A stretch of DNA of 63,908 nucleotides, filler included, from Thraustochytrium aureum (taxonomy: Eukaryota), in NCBI GenBank assembly GCA_012862495.1. It is 9 parts of 6 records of this genome, joined end to end, with 100 filler letters (N's around TTAATTAATTAA, not from the genome) between each part and the next. Parts side by side here need not be neighbours in the genome. Positions count along the whole stretch, not along the records: positions 37,832 to 39,168 come from BLSG01000448.1; positions 39,269 to 40,490 come from BLSG01000448.1; positions 40,591 to 49,363 come from BLSG01000449.1; 6 more parts are not named here. One strand, written 5' to 3'. Shown one piece after another: positions 38,423-49,463 of the stretch; positions within the stretch are counted from its first letter, which is position 1; each line of letters begins with the position of its first letter. A program made the translations under genes and the position numbers. Below the pieces are notes generated by a model that had not been told where the DNA came from, searched no databases, and saw nothing but the letters and a program-made list of their open reading frames with translations.

Positions 38423-39168
38423 CTAGCCCAAGCCGGGGGAGGACTGCAAGTGCGCGGGAAGGTCGCCCATCGATCTGATGATCTCGTCCATGAGGTCCTC
38501 TGTGGCCTCCTTCTCCGCCTCATCCTCGCTATCGTCATCCTCACCGGGGATTGGCTCGCGCAACGCAAAGGGGCCCCAGCGATGTGCTACGCTGCCTTTT
38601 GTTGAATCCACATACCAGATGTAAACCGCCTCGAGGTCATCATCGTCGGGGATCTGAAACGCGACCTGGTGGAACGAGACAGGCTCGTCCGCAGCGCCCT
38701 CTTTGTTCATGGGCTCCATGAGCACCTCCGAGTTGCTGATCGTGGCAAAGTCCAGGTCCTCGGCCGAGGACGCCACCAGCGCGAGCGAATGCGTCGTTTC
38801 CCAGTTCTCGTGCGCAGCATCCGTAAGGCACAACAGCGCAGCCAGCGTGCCGCCGCGCTTGAGCTTTGTGTACTCGTTGAGCGCGACGAGGGACCAGGCC
38901 GTCAGCATCGGCACGCGCGAGCTGCTCGATCTCCGAGACCTCGACGGCCTCAGGACGGAAGGCCGCGGTCTTTGGGCCAGGCAGCGCCACCGCGGCCTCG
39001 CGCACCGGGCGCCAGTTGTACTTTAAGCCATTGGGGGCCATCGTCGGGAACGCCGCGGAAATGTTGATCGGCTCCGCCGAGGCGCCGACGCGGCACTTGA
39101 ACTGCTCGACCAGCTCTTCAAGCTCGGCGCGCCAGCCGAGCTGGTCGCAGATGGCGCGCACAGCATCG
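38423..39168 (-). CDS. Hypothetical protein fragment, frameshift at ~38915, 5' truncated
   Basis: Two overlapping ORFs (38640-39161, 38423-38914) with protein-like composition and an acidic C-terminus. No family recognised. Confidence 0.5.
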
Positions 39169-39268
39169 NNNNNNNNNNNNNNNNNNNNNNNNNNNNNNNN
39201 NNNNNNNNNNNNTTAATTAATTAANNNNNNNNNNNNNNNNNNNNNNNNNNNNNNNNNNNNNNNNNNNN
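39169..39268. other. Artificial scaffold linker
   Basis: 44N-TTAATTAATTAA-44N. Confidence 0.97.
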
Positions 39269-39471
39269 TTGACTTGGAGTGGCAGACGCGAATTGATTTG
39301 GATGTTTGACGAGGCGAACTGCCTGGCAAGCGCTGCGCTCGTGCGGTTGAACCGGCGAGGCGGCCGGCGTGCCTGTGGACTCGTGGACCGATTGGGTTGC
39401 ATGCGTGGCCACGGAGTCGCGCGTCGATCAGCTCGCGTGGTTTTGGATTTGGCTCTGGTCGCGTGATCGAC

Positions 39472-39840
39472 ATGGAGGCCAAGAAGCCGCCTGCCGAGGC
39501 GCCGCCCGGAAGCGCATCGACGCTTGACCGGCTTGATCCTGACAAGGTGGTCGACTGGGGCGCAGAACTGCAGCGCATGCCGCCGGAGGGGGTCGAGTCG
39601 TTTTTGACTGACGTCGAGCTCATGCTAGCGGCAGTCGCGGAACGGCAGGCCTCGGGCAAGTGGGCCGAAGCAGAGTCGTGGCTCGCACGCGCTGCGCCGG
39701 ACGTGGTGTTCATGAGCAACCTTGCGGACGCCGCACTTCGCGCCGACCCGAGCTTGGTCAGCCCGGGGGACCGCGCCGAGCTGTTCCCGAGCTCCCCGCC
39801 GCGCGATGCGGCCGCCGCAACGCAGCAAGCGCCGCGCTGA
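39472..39840 (+). CDS. Small hypothetical protein (~122 aa)
   Basis: ATG in GACATGG context, protein-like composition (MEAKKPPAEAPP...), GC3-rich. Confidence 0.45.
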   Translation: MEAKKPPAEAPPGSASTLDRLDPDKVVDWGAELQRMPPEGVESFLTDVELMLAAVAERQASGKWAEAESWLARAAPDVVFMSNLADAALRADPSLVSPGDRAELFPSSPPRDAAAATQQAPR

Positions 39841-40022
39841 CTGGACCTGGGGCGCGGTAGCGCGCGTTCAACTCGCGGCGGAGGCCGGGCCAGGGGACAA
39901 AGGGCCCCGATTAGGGGCGCGAACAAAGTCGGAGAGCGGAGTGGCGCGGTGTTGTTGCACAATGCTACATTCTGGCGGCAAAAACTGCCGCGTGCGCCGA
40001 GCGCCCGACAGCCTGGCCGAAG

Positions 40023-40128
40023 GCAAGCTACTGGAGCACGGAGGCGATCCTCGAGGCCGCGCCGCATGCAAGCGCGAGCAAGCTACTGGAGCATGGAGGC
40101 GATCCTCGAGGCCGCCGCAAGCGCGAGC
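40023..40128. repeat. Tandem duplication (~55 bp) of the HDAH 3' end including the stop codon
   Basis: GCAAGCTACTGGAGCA(C/T)GGAGGCGATCCTCGAGGCCGC...GCAAGCGCGAGC occurs twice. Confidence 0.85.
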
Positions 40129-40490
40129 TTTTCCTGGTCGCAGGGCGGCGCCTCCAGAGAGAGGCCCGCTGCGCGAGCCGCGTCACGGATCAACAGTAGC
40201 TGGTGCGCTTGGCAGTCTTGGTAGCCCCTCGCCTGCGCCTCGCCCACCACGCTGTCGACGCACTCGTCGGCGCGCTCGCCGCAGAGCTCCTCAACGATGG
40301 CGAGGCCGCAAAACGGCACATACTCTTTCGAGTAGCCGCCCTCGTGCGCAAAGACCACCGCGCCGTTGCAGTGGCGGTCGGCAAGCGCCATGAGCTCGCG
40401 CGTCATCCACCGGTACGACTCGGAGTGCAGCATCATCGAGCCAAGCGGGTCCACGTAAGCGGCGTCAAAGCCGGAGCTCACGAGAATGAG
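40083..40490 (-). CDS. Histone deacetylase-like amidohydrolase (HDAH, class II-like), C-terminal fragment
   Basis: LILVSSGFDA..DPLG and VFAHEGGYSKEYVPFCGLAIVEELCG. Confidence 0.88.
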   Translation of the reverse strand, partial: LILVSSGFDAAYVDPLGSMMLHSESYRWMTRELMALADRHCNGAVVFAHEGGYSKEYVPFCGLAIVEELCGERADECVDSVVGEAQARGYQDCQAHQLLLIRDAARAAGLSLEAPPCDQEKLALAAASRIASMLQ

Positions 40491-40590
40491 NNNNNNNNNN
40501 NNNNNNNNNNNNNNNNNNNNNNNNNNNNNNNNNNTTAATTAATTAANNNNNNNNNNNNNNNNNNNNNNNNNNNNNNNNNNNNNNNNNNNN
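40491..40590. other. Artificial scaffold linker
   Basis: 44N-TTAATTAATTAA-44N. Confidence 0.97.
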
Positions 40591-40595
40591 TCAGG

Positions 40596-41568
40596 ATGGG
40601 CGAGGAGGACAAGATCGTGGAGACGGAGCCGTACCTGAACAAATGGACGGAGCAGAAGGTCTCGTAAGTCGTGATGGCCGGAATGGACGGACCGACGCGA
40701 ACGTCGCGGAGCTGACGGGCGCGGCGCGGACAGGTACAACAAGCGCGACCTGCTGACCTACGCCGTGGGCATTGGTGCCACCGATCTCGAGTTTTCGTTT
40801 GAGCACCATGAGAACTTTGCCGCCTTCCCGACGTACCCGATCGTGCTTGGTTTCAAGGGCAACGAGCAGGACGTCGTCTCGTTTCCCTCGGAAGCGATGG
40901 CCGAAGGCCCGCCGATGCCGCCCCTCCCGGGCGTCAAGGTCGGCCTTGACGGCGAGCGGTACATCGAAAAGCTTGCGCCGCTCGACGTCGACGGGGCCGA
41001 GCTGACCCTCAAGGGTCGCATCATCGGCGTGCACAAGCGCGGCAGCGGAGCGTCTGTTGAGAAGGAGGAGCTCTTGGTCGACGCGAACGGCAAGACGCTG
41101 TACAAGATCATCAGCGGCGCGTTCATGGTCGGCGCCAAGAACTTTAAGGACTCTGGCATCACCAACTCGGAGAAGGTCGACGTGCCGAACCGCGCCCCCG
41201 ACTCTGTGATGGAGATGCCCACCTCCAAGACGCAGGCCATCGCGTACCGCCTTTCGGGCGACTACAACCCGCTGCACATCGACCCGAGCTTTGCCATGAT
41301 GAGCGGGTTCAAGGAGCCCATCCTCCACGGGCTCTGCAGCATGGGCATCACCGCGAACGCCGTCGTCAAGCAGTACTGCAACAACGACGCCAACAGGTTC
41401 CGCTCTATCAAGGCACGCTTTGCGAAGCCCGTGCTCCCGGGCGAGACTCTTGTGGTGGAGATGTGGAAGGAGGGCGACAAGGTCATCGTGCAGACCAAGG
41501 TCAAGGAGTCTGGCGCCGTCTGCATCAACAACGCCTACGTGATGCTCAACCCTGAGGCCAAGCTCTAA
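40596..41568 (+). CDS. Peroxisomal (R)-specific enoyl-CoA hydratase 2 (double MaoC hot-dog fold); 2 exons (40596-40663, 40734-41568); PTS1 AKL
   Basis: YNKRDLLTYAVGIG, hydratase-2 motif YRLSGDYNPLHIDP...GFKEPILHGLC, ARFAKPVLPGETL, and C-terminal AKL. One 70-bp GTAAGT intron. Confidence 0.93.
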
Positions 41569-42588
41569 CTGGTTAGAACGGGTTTGATGCTGCTGCGCGC
41601 GCAGCCACGGCTCATCGACGCGCTCCAAAGAGGTTGCGCGCTGAGTCGGAACGTGGTGACCGACACCACCACACCACCACCACCAACAACAACAATATCT
41701 ATCTTCTCTTCCCCCGCTCCCACAACCAAGTCGGGTTGCTTGCCCAGCGCTGGAGGGTAGCAACGGTCGTGCGCGCCGCGTTGTTTCCAACGCNNNNNNN
41801 NNNNNNNNNNNNNNNNNNNNNNNNNNNNNNNNNNNNNNNNNNNNNNNNNNNNNNNNNNNNNNNNNNNNNNNNNNNNNNNNNNNNNNNNNNNNNNNNNNNN
41901 NNNNNNNNNNNNNNNNNNNNNNNNNNNNNNNNNNNNNNNNNNNNNNNNNNNNNNNNNNNNNNNNNNNNNNNNNNNNNNNNNNNNNNNNNNNNNNNNNNNN
42001 NNNNNNNNNNNNNNNNNNNNNNNNNNNNNNNNNNNNNNNNNNNNNNNNNNNNNNNNNNNNNNNNNNNNNNNNNNNNNNNNNNNNNNNNNNNNNNNNNNNN
42101 NNNNNNNNNNNNNNNNNNNNNNNNNNNNNNNNNNNNNNNNNNNNNNNNNNNNNNNNNNNNNNNNNNNNNNNNNNNNNNNNNNNNNNNNNNNNNNNNNNNN
42201 NNNNNNNNNNNNNNNNNNNNNNNNNNNNNNNNNNNNNNNNNNNNNNNNNNNNNNNNNNNNNNNNNNNNNNNNNNNNNNNNNNNNNNNNNNNNNNNNNNNN
42301 NNNNNNNNNNNNNNNNNNNNNNNNNNNNNNNNNNNNNNNNNNNNNNNNNNNNNNNNNNNNNNNNNNNNNNNNNNNNNNNNNNNNNNNNNNNNNNNNNNNN
42401 NNNNNNNNNNNNNNNNNNNNNNNNNNNNNNNNNNNNNNNNNNNNNNNNNNNNNNNNNNNNNNNNNNNNNNNNNNNNNNNNNNNNNNNNNNNNNNNNNNNN
42501 NNNNNNNNNNNNNNNNNNNNNNNNNNNNNNNNNNNNNNNNNNNNNNNNNNNNNNNNNNNNNNNNNNNNNNNNNNNNNNNNNNNNNNNC

Positions 42589-43802
42589 CGTCCGAGCAGC
42601 CAACGGAGATACCAGTGCAGTATATACCAGCTTCCCCAACTCCCCTGAAGCTGACGGCGGCTCTCAAGGAATTAGAGGCCGCTCTGGCTTCTGTACGACT
42701 GGGCAGCTTCCTGGAAGCCCTCGTAGGCCTCGGCGTTGAGAGTATTGACGACGTGCGCCTCCTCGTGGAGGAGAGCCCCGACGACTTGGCGCTGCTCGGA
42801 ATGAACAAAGTGCAGGTCTTACGGCTCAAGCGCGCATTAGCCAAACCTGACCGCGAGTCCGTCGCGGGGGCGGTGCAGAGCCATCCCAACAAAGTGGGGC
42901 TGGCCAGCGACGCGAGCGCCCCTGCCGCGAAATTCTCTTCGGCTTCGGCTCACCAACGCTTGGTGCCGGTCGTGCCAGTCATCGAAAGTGCCGGCAATCC
43001 TGCGGTAGTCCACGACGTCGATGAGGCACAAAGCGCTCGCGTGGCCTCTCGGGGGCCACGCGGACGAGATAGCGAGACTCGCGCGTTCGTTTCCGCGCAA
43101 GGTGGCCTGGACAACAAGCTCGCAGTGCTCGAGGTTGGCCCGCAGAGCAATGCAACGTCCGCTGGTTCAGAGGCATCAGCGGGCGCTGCAAGCGGACTTG
43201 CAGATCGCGGCACAAGCGTGGAGCCTCACAAGCGTCCAGCGCTGCACGGCGAAAAGGCAAGCGAACTCGAGCGCGGGGAAAACGCCACAAATTCGGGTTT
43301 GCGACCGCTGTCATCAACATTTCAGCGGGCCCAAAGGTACCGACAGGGAGACGCAGAAAGCAGGCCTGGACCGCCCACGACGGTGACGAGCGTCGGCACT
43401 GACGCCACCGGAGCTGCACCTACTGGCGGGGCAAAGGCCGAGCCAAGTACTGTGGCGGCCGAGGTTCGCGATGGTGGCGCGGGAGAGTCTGCCCGCGGCA
43501 GCCCGGCGCCGCTCCTCCCGAGCATACAAAACTATTCGCTACCACCAAATACTCCCGGTCTGAACTCCTCACTGGGCGGTCTCGTGGCGTTGGATGATTT
43601 CAAGCCCTCGTTAGTGGCCGCCGTGCTCACTCATCCCAAGAACAGCAGCAAGACTGACGCAGCAGATCCATCCAAGACGCCAGCCCCAAGGCCGCGCCAT
43701 TCCAGGTTCGAGGACCCCGTTTCAAGCGCCACGCCGCGCATTGTGCAGTCAAATGCCACGCTTGGCCCCATGCCTGGTGGCGGAGCTGCCCAGCCGCCAT
43801 GA
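42589..43802 (+). CDS. SAM-domain protein with long disordered tail, 5' end in gap
   Basis: LASVRLGSFLEALVGLGVESIDDVRLL...DDLALLGMNKVQVLRLKRAL matches the SAM helical pattern. Confidence 0.6.
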
Positions 43803-44929
43803 GCACCATCAAAATCCTCCTAGCCGGCACCTGGGCAAACTCGGCGCTGCAAACAAAACCGGAACGCGCCAGGTGCAAGCGTCGAGCTCGGTGGCGACCC
43901 AAACGCCTCGCGCGGCAACCGCGAGGTGGCCGGCGTTTTTCAAGCTCGAGCTCGCGCAGCCCATCTCAAACCCTTGCAAATCTGAAAACCCGCAGTTCTT
44001 CCCAGTTTGGGCATAAAATACAAGAACACTAGTGCTGAAAACAATTAAAAATGTAAGCCTTCGCGCGCGGTCTTGTACGAATTCCGGTGGGAATTCTGCA
44101 CAGAACCCTGCGGAATTCAGTCGCCGTTTTGCGAGTGCACTTCCCGGATTCGGCTCGCACAAGCCAATACGTATCGCCTGGCGGCCCTCGCGCGCCACTC
44201 GGAGGCGGCTGGCGCTCGACAGGCCTGCCGTGGATGTCCTGGTATCACTCGCTCATGGTCGCACTTGATTGGCACGGTGGATGTCGAGCATGCAGTGCGG
44301 CGCTTGGATGGCGCAACTCGAAACGAACGAACATAGCCTACATACCTACACTCCGCCAGCTGCAATGCATGCTCTGCAGCTCGCGGTGCGTCCCGTGGGT
44401 GGCGCAACTCGAGGCGATCGAACTTGGCTTGCACTCCGCGAGCATGAGATGCACGGACGCTTCGGTGCTGGTGCCTCTGGGGAGGGGGCGAGAAAGCGAG
44501 ACGGGCTGCTCGGGCTTTCGCTTCGTCCAGAGTTCAGCCGCCATGCGAAAGGCTCTGAGGCGCGGTGCGATTGCTTCCCTGCAGATTGGCGCTGAGTTGG
44601 GATACGTGGAATTGGCGTTGGCGGCCTGGCCAGCGCTGCCTTTGCGAATCGAAAGAGCGGCCGAGAGAGGAATCGGCGGCGTCTTGACCAACGTTTTGCG
44701 ACGGGCACCTGGCTCGCGATGATTCAGAATGCAAGTGGACCTCCCACGGCGGGATTGTGAGCGTACAGTGCAGCACTTCAAGCAGAACCCTATTGCTCTC
44801 CGATCGCGGCTCCAGCTCGCGACGTAGTTGGCGAGGCAAGGTGGAGCGCTTCACAGTTAGCACTAGAGTCGCGTGGCTTGGCCTCGTCGTGTACCGAGCT
44901 GCGGGCAGCGCCATCGGCACGGTGGTGGA

Positions 44930-46021
44930 ATGGGGAGGTTTTGGGGTGCGTGCTTTGGAGGATCGGCGGGGACGACGCGAGCGCCTGGGGCGGCAAAGCA
45001 CAAGCCCGCCCTTGCGCGAAAGACCACGACAGCAGACGTGCTGTTGTCTAGCCAAAGGGCGAGCTCTTCGGCTAGAGAACCCGCAAGCGCGCAGCCAGGG
45101 TCGTTGCGCGCCGCCACCAAAGTATGCGCCCGGCGCGCAACGCCGGGCTCGCCGCCCCACCGCGCCGCATCAGGCGAAAAGCGCAAGCCCGAGGCAAGCA
45201 CCAAGACCGGGCCCGCTGAAGGCAACGAGCAGCCCGAGGTGCTTTTGGGCCCTGCAGACAAGGCTCTTCCCGCGGGTGGGAAAGGACGCAAAAACAGGGG
45301 CTTGAGGAAGCGCATGCGAAGCCACGGCCACGGTACGCTCAACATGGACGACGTGGATGGCGCCAAGCACGTTGACGTGGAGCGCATCGATCTGGAGGAC
45401 GCCTCGATCCAGAACGAATTTGGGACCTTCGGGGCCCTACCAGTTGGAAGCAAAAGGTTGTGGTCTCTGGAGCTGCGCTTGCCTCGCGGTGGCGAACCTG
45501 TTCAACTGAAGCGTGAGATGGGGCCTGGCACGTTTCGGGTCGTGCTAAACTTGAAGCACTCCCGCGCGAGCTGGATCGGCGACAGCAAGGCCGCGACGGT
45601 AAAGCTGTGGGTTGTCGACCAGAAGCGGCGGCACAGCTTGCACCACTATGCGAGCCGCGTCGACACATCGGCGCAGCGCGCCGTGTTCGACTTTGCTGTC
45701 CGCGCCAGCCAGTGCGGACCGAACGGCGAGCCGCTCGAGTTCGAGTTGCAGCTGATGTCAGAGAGCCGGTTCTCAGAGCTTCGCGTAGTTGCAGAGCTGC
45801 ATGACCTTGTTCACGTCAACCCCGAGGCTGTGGGGTTGGACGTCGACTTGGACCGGCTCGGAGACCTAGTGCTTGACGGGGACGACCAGACCGACACCAT
45901 CCTCCGCGTCCGACACCAGAGAGCAAAGTCAGAGCGCCTCGCGGAGCTGGAGAAGCGCGAAAGCCGGCAAAGGGCGCGCCGCAAGTCGCACTCGCCGCAG
46001 GCGCGCCGTGATCGGCGCTGA
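44930..46021 (+). CDS. Hypothetical protein with possible N-terminal acylation signal (MGRFWGACFGG)
   Basis: 363-codon ORF with a disordered N-half, a beta-rich middle and a charged C-terminus. Confidence 0.55.
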   Translation: MGRFWGACFGGSAGTTRAPGAAKHKPALARKTTTADVLLSSQRASSSAREPASAQPGSLRAATKVCARRATPGSPPHRAASGEKRKPEASTKTGPAEGNEQPEVLLGPADKALPAGGKGRKNRGLRKRMRSHGHGTLNMDDVDGAKHVDVERIDLEDASIQNEFGTFGALPVGSKRLWSLELRLPRGGEPVQLKREMGPGTFRVVLNLKHSRASWIGDSKAATVKLWVVDQKRRHSLHHYASRVDTSAQRAVFDFAVRASQCGPNGEPLEFELQLMSESRFSELRVVAELHDLVHVNPEAVGLDVDLDRLGDLVLDGDDQTDTILRVRHQRAKSERLAELEKRESRQRARRKSHSPQARRDRR

Positions 46022-46282
46022 GGCTGTACCCTACTTACATGTAGAATAGAGAATCATGGATGGGTGCTTTAGGAAGAGCCTTCCCGCGCGCCGAGCAACC
46101 AACCGGTGGGCGGTTGCGAGCAACATGCAGAGATCGCAGGCCGGGGGGTGTTTGCAATTGATGGGANNNNNNNNNNNNNNNNNNNNNNNNNNNNNNNNNN
46201 NNNNNNNNNNNNNNNNNNNNNNNNNNNNNNNNNNNNNNNNNNNNNNNNNNNNNNNNNNNNNNNNNNNNNNNNNNNNNNNNNN

Positions 46283-49200
46283 TCCGCCAGCGCCTGTAAG
46301 AGCTCCCATAGCCCGCAATAGCGCGAGCATTGGGTCTTCGGGGGCGGGCATCTCAGCGAGCTCGCGCTTGAGGTCGTTGAGGTCACGGAGCTCCTCGCGC
46401 GGGCGCAGGTGCTGGTACATCTCGTAAAAGTCAGGAAACATCCCGGCTCCGCGGTGCCCCGTAAAGTGGAACCAAATGGCGGGCAGGCCCGTCTCGGGGT
46501 TCTGCAAGACCCCGATGACGGTGAGCGACCGGCCGTCGTTTCCGGGGAGGTCGAGCACCTCGCCTGAGCGGTAGCCGGAGAGCTTGCGACAGGCGCTGGC
46601 CGAGATGTCGAACTTGGCCATGGTGGCCATTGCCCCGGCGCCGCGCGGGAATTCGAACGTGAGGTTGAGCTGCATGTTGCGGCGCTCTTCGATGGACGGC
46701 TCCGGGAAGGGCGGCACGAGGTTGCGCACCTGGACCTGGCGGACCACCTCGCGCGTTTCCGTGCGCGTGAACCGCGACGGGAGATCGGGATTTCGGACCT
46801 TGAAGGGAATGTCCTCGTGCAAGCCGTCGATCACGCTCGCGCCGGGGTTGCCTTCCATGTGCACCCAGAGGCGCGGGACCTCGCATTCGTGCATGGAGAC
46901 GCCGATGACGACCATGCGGCGAGGCTGCGCCTGCGGCGTGTTGAGGAACAGAACCGAGCCGGAGACGACGTTAAGGTTGAACCGCTCAAGGATCTCGTCG
47001 CGGACGTCAAAGGTGCCGGGCTGCTGGAAGGTGGTCCCCAGGGGGTAGTTGAAGTCCTCGTGCAGCTTGGTGGACACGTCGTAGAGCGCGTCGTTGTCGA
47101 TGCCGTCGTCCGAGTGGCAGTCGACCTCGTCGTGGGCGTACTCGTGCAAGGGCATCGTGCGCACACGGTCGAACTTGTCGTCTTCGTCAAAGAGCCCGGC
47201 GCCCTGGCCTTGGTTGTTCGTGGTGACGAAGAAGTAGGGCTGGACGCGGCCCTCGTTGTTGAGGTTGAGGCCGACGAGGGCCGCCTCGTGGCTCTGAACG
47301 CGGACCACGTCTCCGGGGACAAGTCCGCAGTGGGCGCGGCACGCGTCGGGGCGCACGTCAAACTTGGACCAGTGCGGGTAGCGGAGGCCCTTGGGGAAGC
47401 CAAAGGTGCAGCGCAGCTCGCTGGGGCGCAGCTTGGTGCCGGGGGCGACGGGCTTGAACTCGGCGAGGTTGACGCGGCCGGTCTCGCGGTTGAGGATGCC
47501 GTGCGCCTCGGCGTCCGCGAAGGTGAGCTCGAACTTGTTGTCGGCGCCGACCCGGTAGGTCTTGGTGTAGCCCGAGGTGAACCAGTAGATGCGGGCCCAG
47601 CCCGGGAGCAGGGGCGCGCGGAAAGCGTCCGGGTGGCCGCGCCAGTGGGAGGGCAGCTTGGTCTGGCCGCGCACTTTGCCGTCCATGTCGCGCCAGCAGA
47701 CAACCATGCCGGGCCCGGAGAGGTCCTTTTGCTTGGGGCGGTCCTTGTGGTCGTAGGTCCAGGCCGTGTCGCTGCGCATGACCACGTCGTCTTCCCAGAG
47801 AAACCTGCAGGTCACCGGCGTGCCTTTGAGCGCGTTGGCGCGCCAGTCGCGGAAAAGCAGNNNNNNNNNNNNNNNNNNNNNNNNNNNNNNNNNNNNNNNN
47901 NNNNNNNNNNNNNNNNNNNNNNNNNNNNNNNNNNNNNNNNNNNNNNNNNNNNNNNNNNNNNNNNNNNNNNNNNNNNNNNNNNNNNNNNNNNNNNNNNNNN
48001 NNNNNNNNNNNNNNNNNNNNNNNNNNNNNNNNNNNNNNNNNNNNNNNNNNNNNNNNNNNNNNNNNNNNNNNNNNNNNNNNNNNNNNNNNNNNNNNNNNNN
48101 NNNNNNNNNNNNNNNNNNNNNNNNNNNNNNNNNNNNNNNNNNNNNNNNNNNNNNNNNNNNNNNNNNNNNNNNNNNNNNNNNNNNNNNNGCCAGTCACGGA
48201 AAAGCAGCATGTCCGGGAACCCAAAGTTAAAGGTCTCGCGCACCTTGCTCTCCTTCACTTCGAGTACCTCCTCCGCGTTCAGGCCCGAGCGCTCGAGCGC
48301 GGCGTGCGGGAGGCCCATCATGCGAAAGTCGTTGACCACGGCATAGTTAGGGCCAAGGTGCGTTGGCGGCTTCTCTTCGCGGAGCCGGAGCACCTCCTCC
48401 TCGGTCCACTGGAAAAACCCGTCAGGTCGCGCCCTTTGATCTTGTTGAGCTGGTCCATCGTGTAAATCCCGTTCTCCACCAGCCCAGGGAGGCGCTCGTG
48501 CAGCCGCTGCGAACGGAGAATGGCGGCGAGGTCGGCGGCTTCCTCCGGCACCGCGCGGTTCTGGAAAAGAGCCGCGACCTCGCGCTCGTCAGGGAGGGCG
48601 TCGCGGCAGTCAAACTCGCGGCCTTGGCGCGCGAAAATGCTCAGCTCTCGGAGCTGCTCGTTCGCCGCGCCCGCGGCCTCGGCATCCTCGGGGTCGGCGT
48701 CCGAGTCGATGAAGAAGCACTTGAGCCGGTGGTCGGCACGGCGCATCTTGCCAATGGCGGGGAAGCGCGTGGATAGCGCGTCATTCCAGAGGCGGGCCTT
48801 GTCCTCGGCGGTGACTTTGCGGCGCTTCTGCCCGGCGCGGTCCATGAACCAATGCGTGAAGACGAGCATTGCGTGTTCCCAAAAGCTTTCGCCAAAGCCC
48901 TTCTCGAACACGCGCAGCATCTGCGCAAGGGCGTTGCCGATGCGCTCGTCCCCGGCGTTGACGAGGATTAGGAACGTGTTGACCGCGCCGAGTTCGCCGA
49001 GTTTCTGCAGCATGTCGGAGACGTGGGCGTCGTCGCGCCCCTGCGAGTCGTTCAGCCCGGGCGTGTCGATGATGATGACCTGCTCGTCGTTGTTGCCGCG
49101 CCCAAACCATGTCGTCAAGTACATGTGGGTGTCGGAGGTCTCGGACTCGGTGCCATGGCCGACCCTGAAGACGGCGTTCTCCGGGCCGAGGCCGGCAAGC

Positions 49201-49363
49201 GCGCTGCACAATAGGCTCTTGCCCGGAGCCGGTCTCGCCGAGGGCGGCCACCACGGGGATGGGCTTCATCCCGCGCAGCTTGCGGAGGCCCTGCACCCAG
49301 CCGACGGCGCCGAACACCGACGCGCTCTCGAACCGGTACGTGGTGGTCTTGCCTTCGTCGTTG
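46283..49363 (-). CDS. AIG1/GIMAP-like P-loop GTPase + SAM-like segment + triple repeat domain; frameshifts at ~49222 and ~48413; internal gap; both ends truncated
   Basis: G1 AALGETGSGKS (after removing one G), G2 ESETS, G3 IIIDTPGLNDSQG, G4-like LVFTHW. SAM-like LRSQRLHERLPGLVENGIYTMDQL. Three FxF/YPxG..FD[VI]..G.V..V[IV]G[VL]..GA repeats. Confidence 0.72.
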
Positions 49364-49463
49364 NNNNNNNNNNNNNNNNNNNNNNNNNNNNNNNNNNNNN
49401 NNNNNNNTTAATTAATTAANNNNNNNNNNNNNNNNNNNNNNNNNNNNNNNNNNNNNNNNNNNN
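49364..49463. other. Artificial scaffold linker
   Basis: 44N-TTAATTAATTAA-44N. Confidence 0.97.

Noticed and set aside
14029..41568. Peroxisomal gene cluster (ABCD, SKL dehydrogenase, AKL hydratase)
   Set aside because: The genes lie on different scaffolds separated by linkers.
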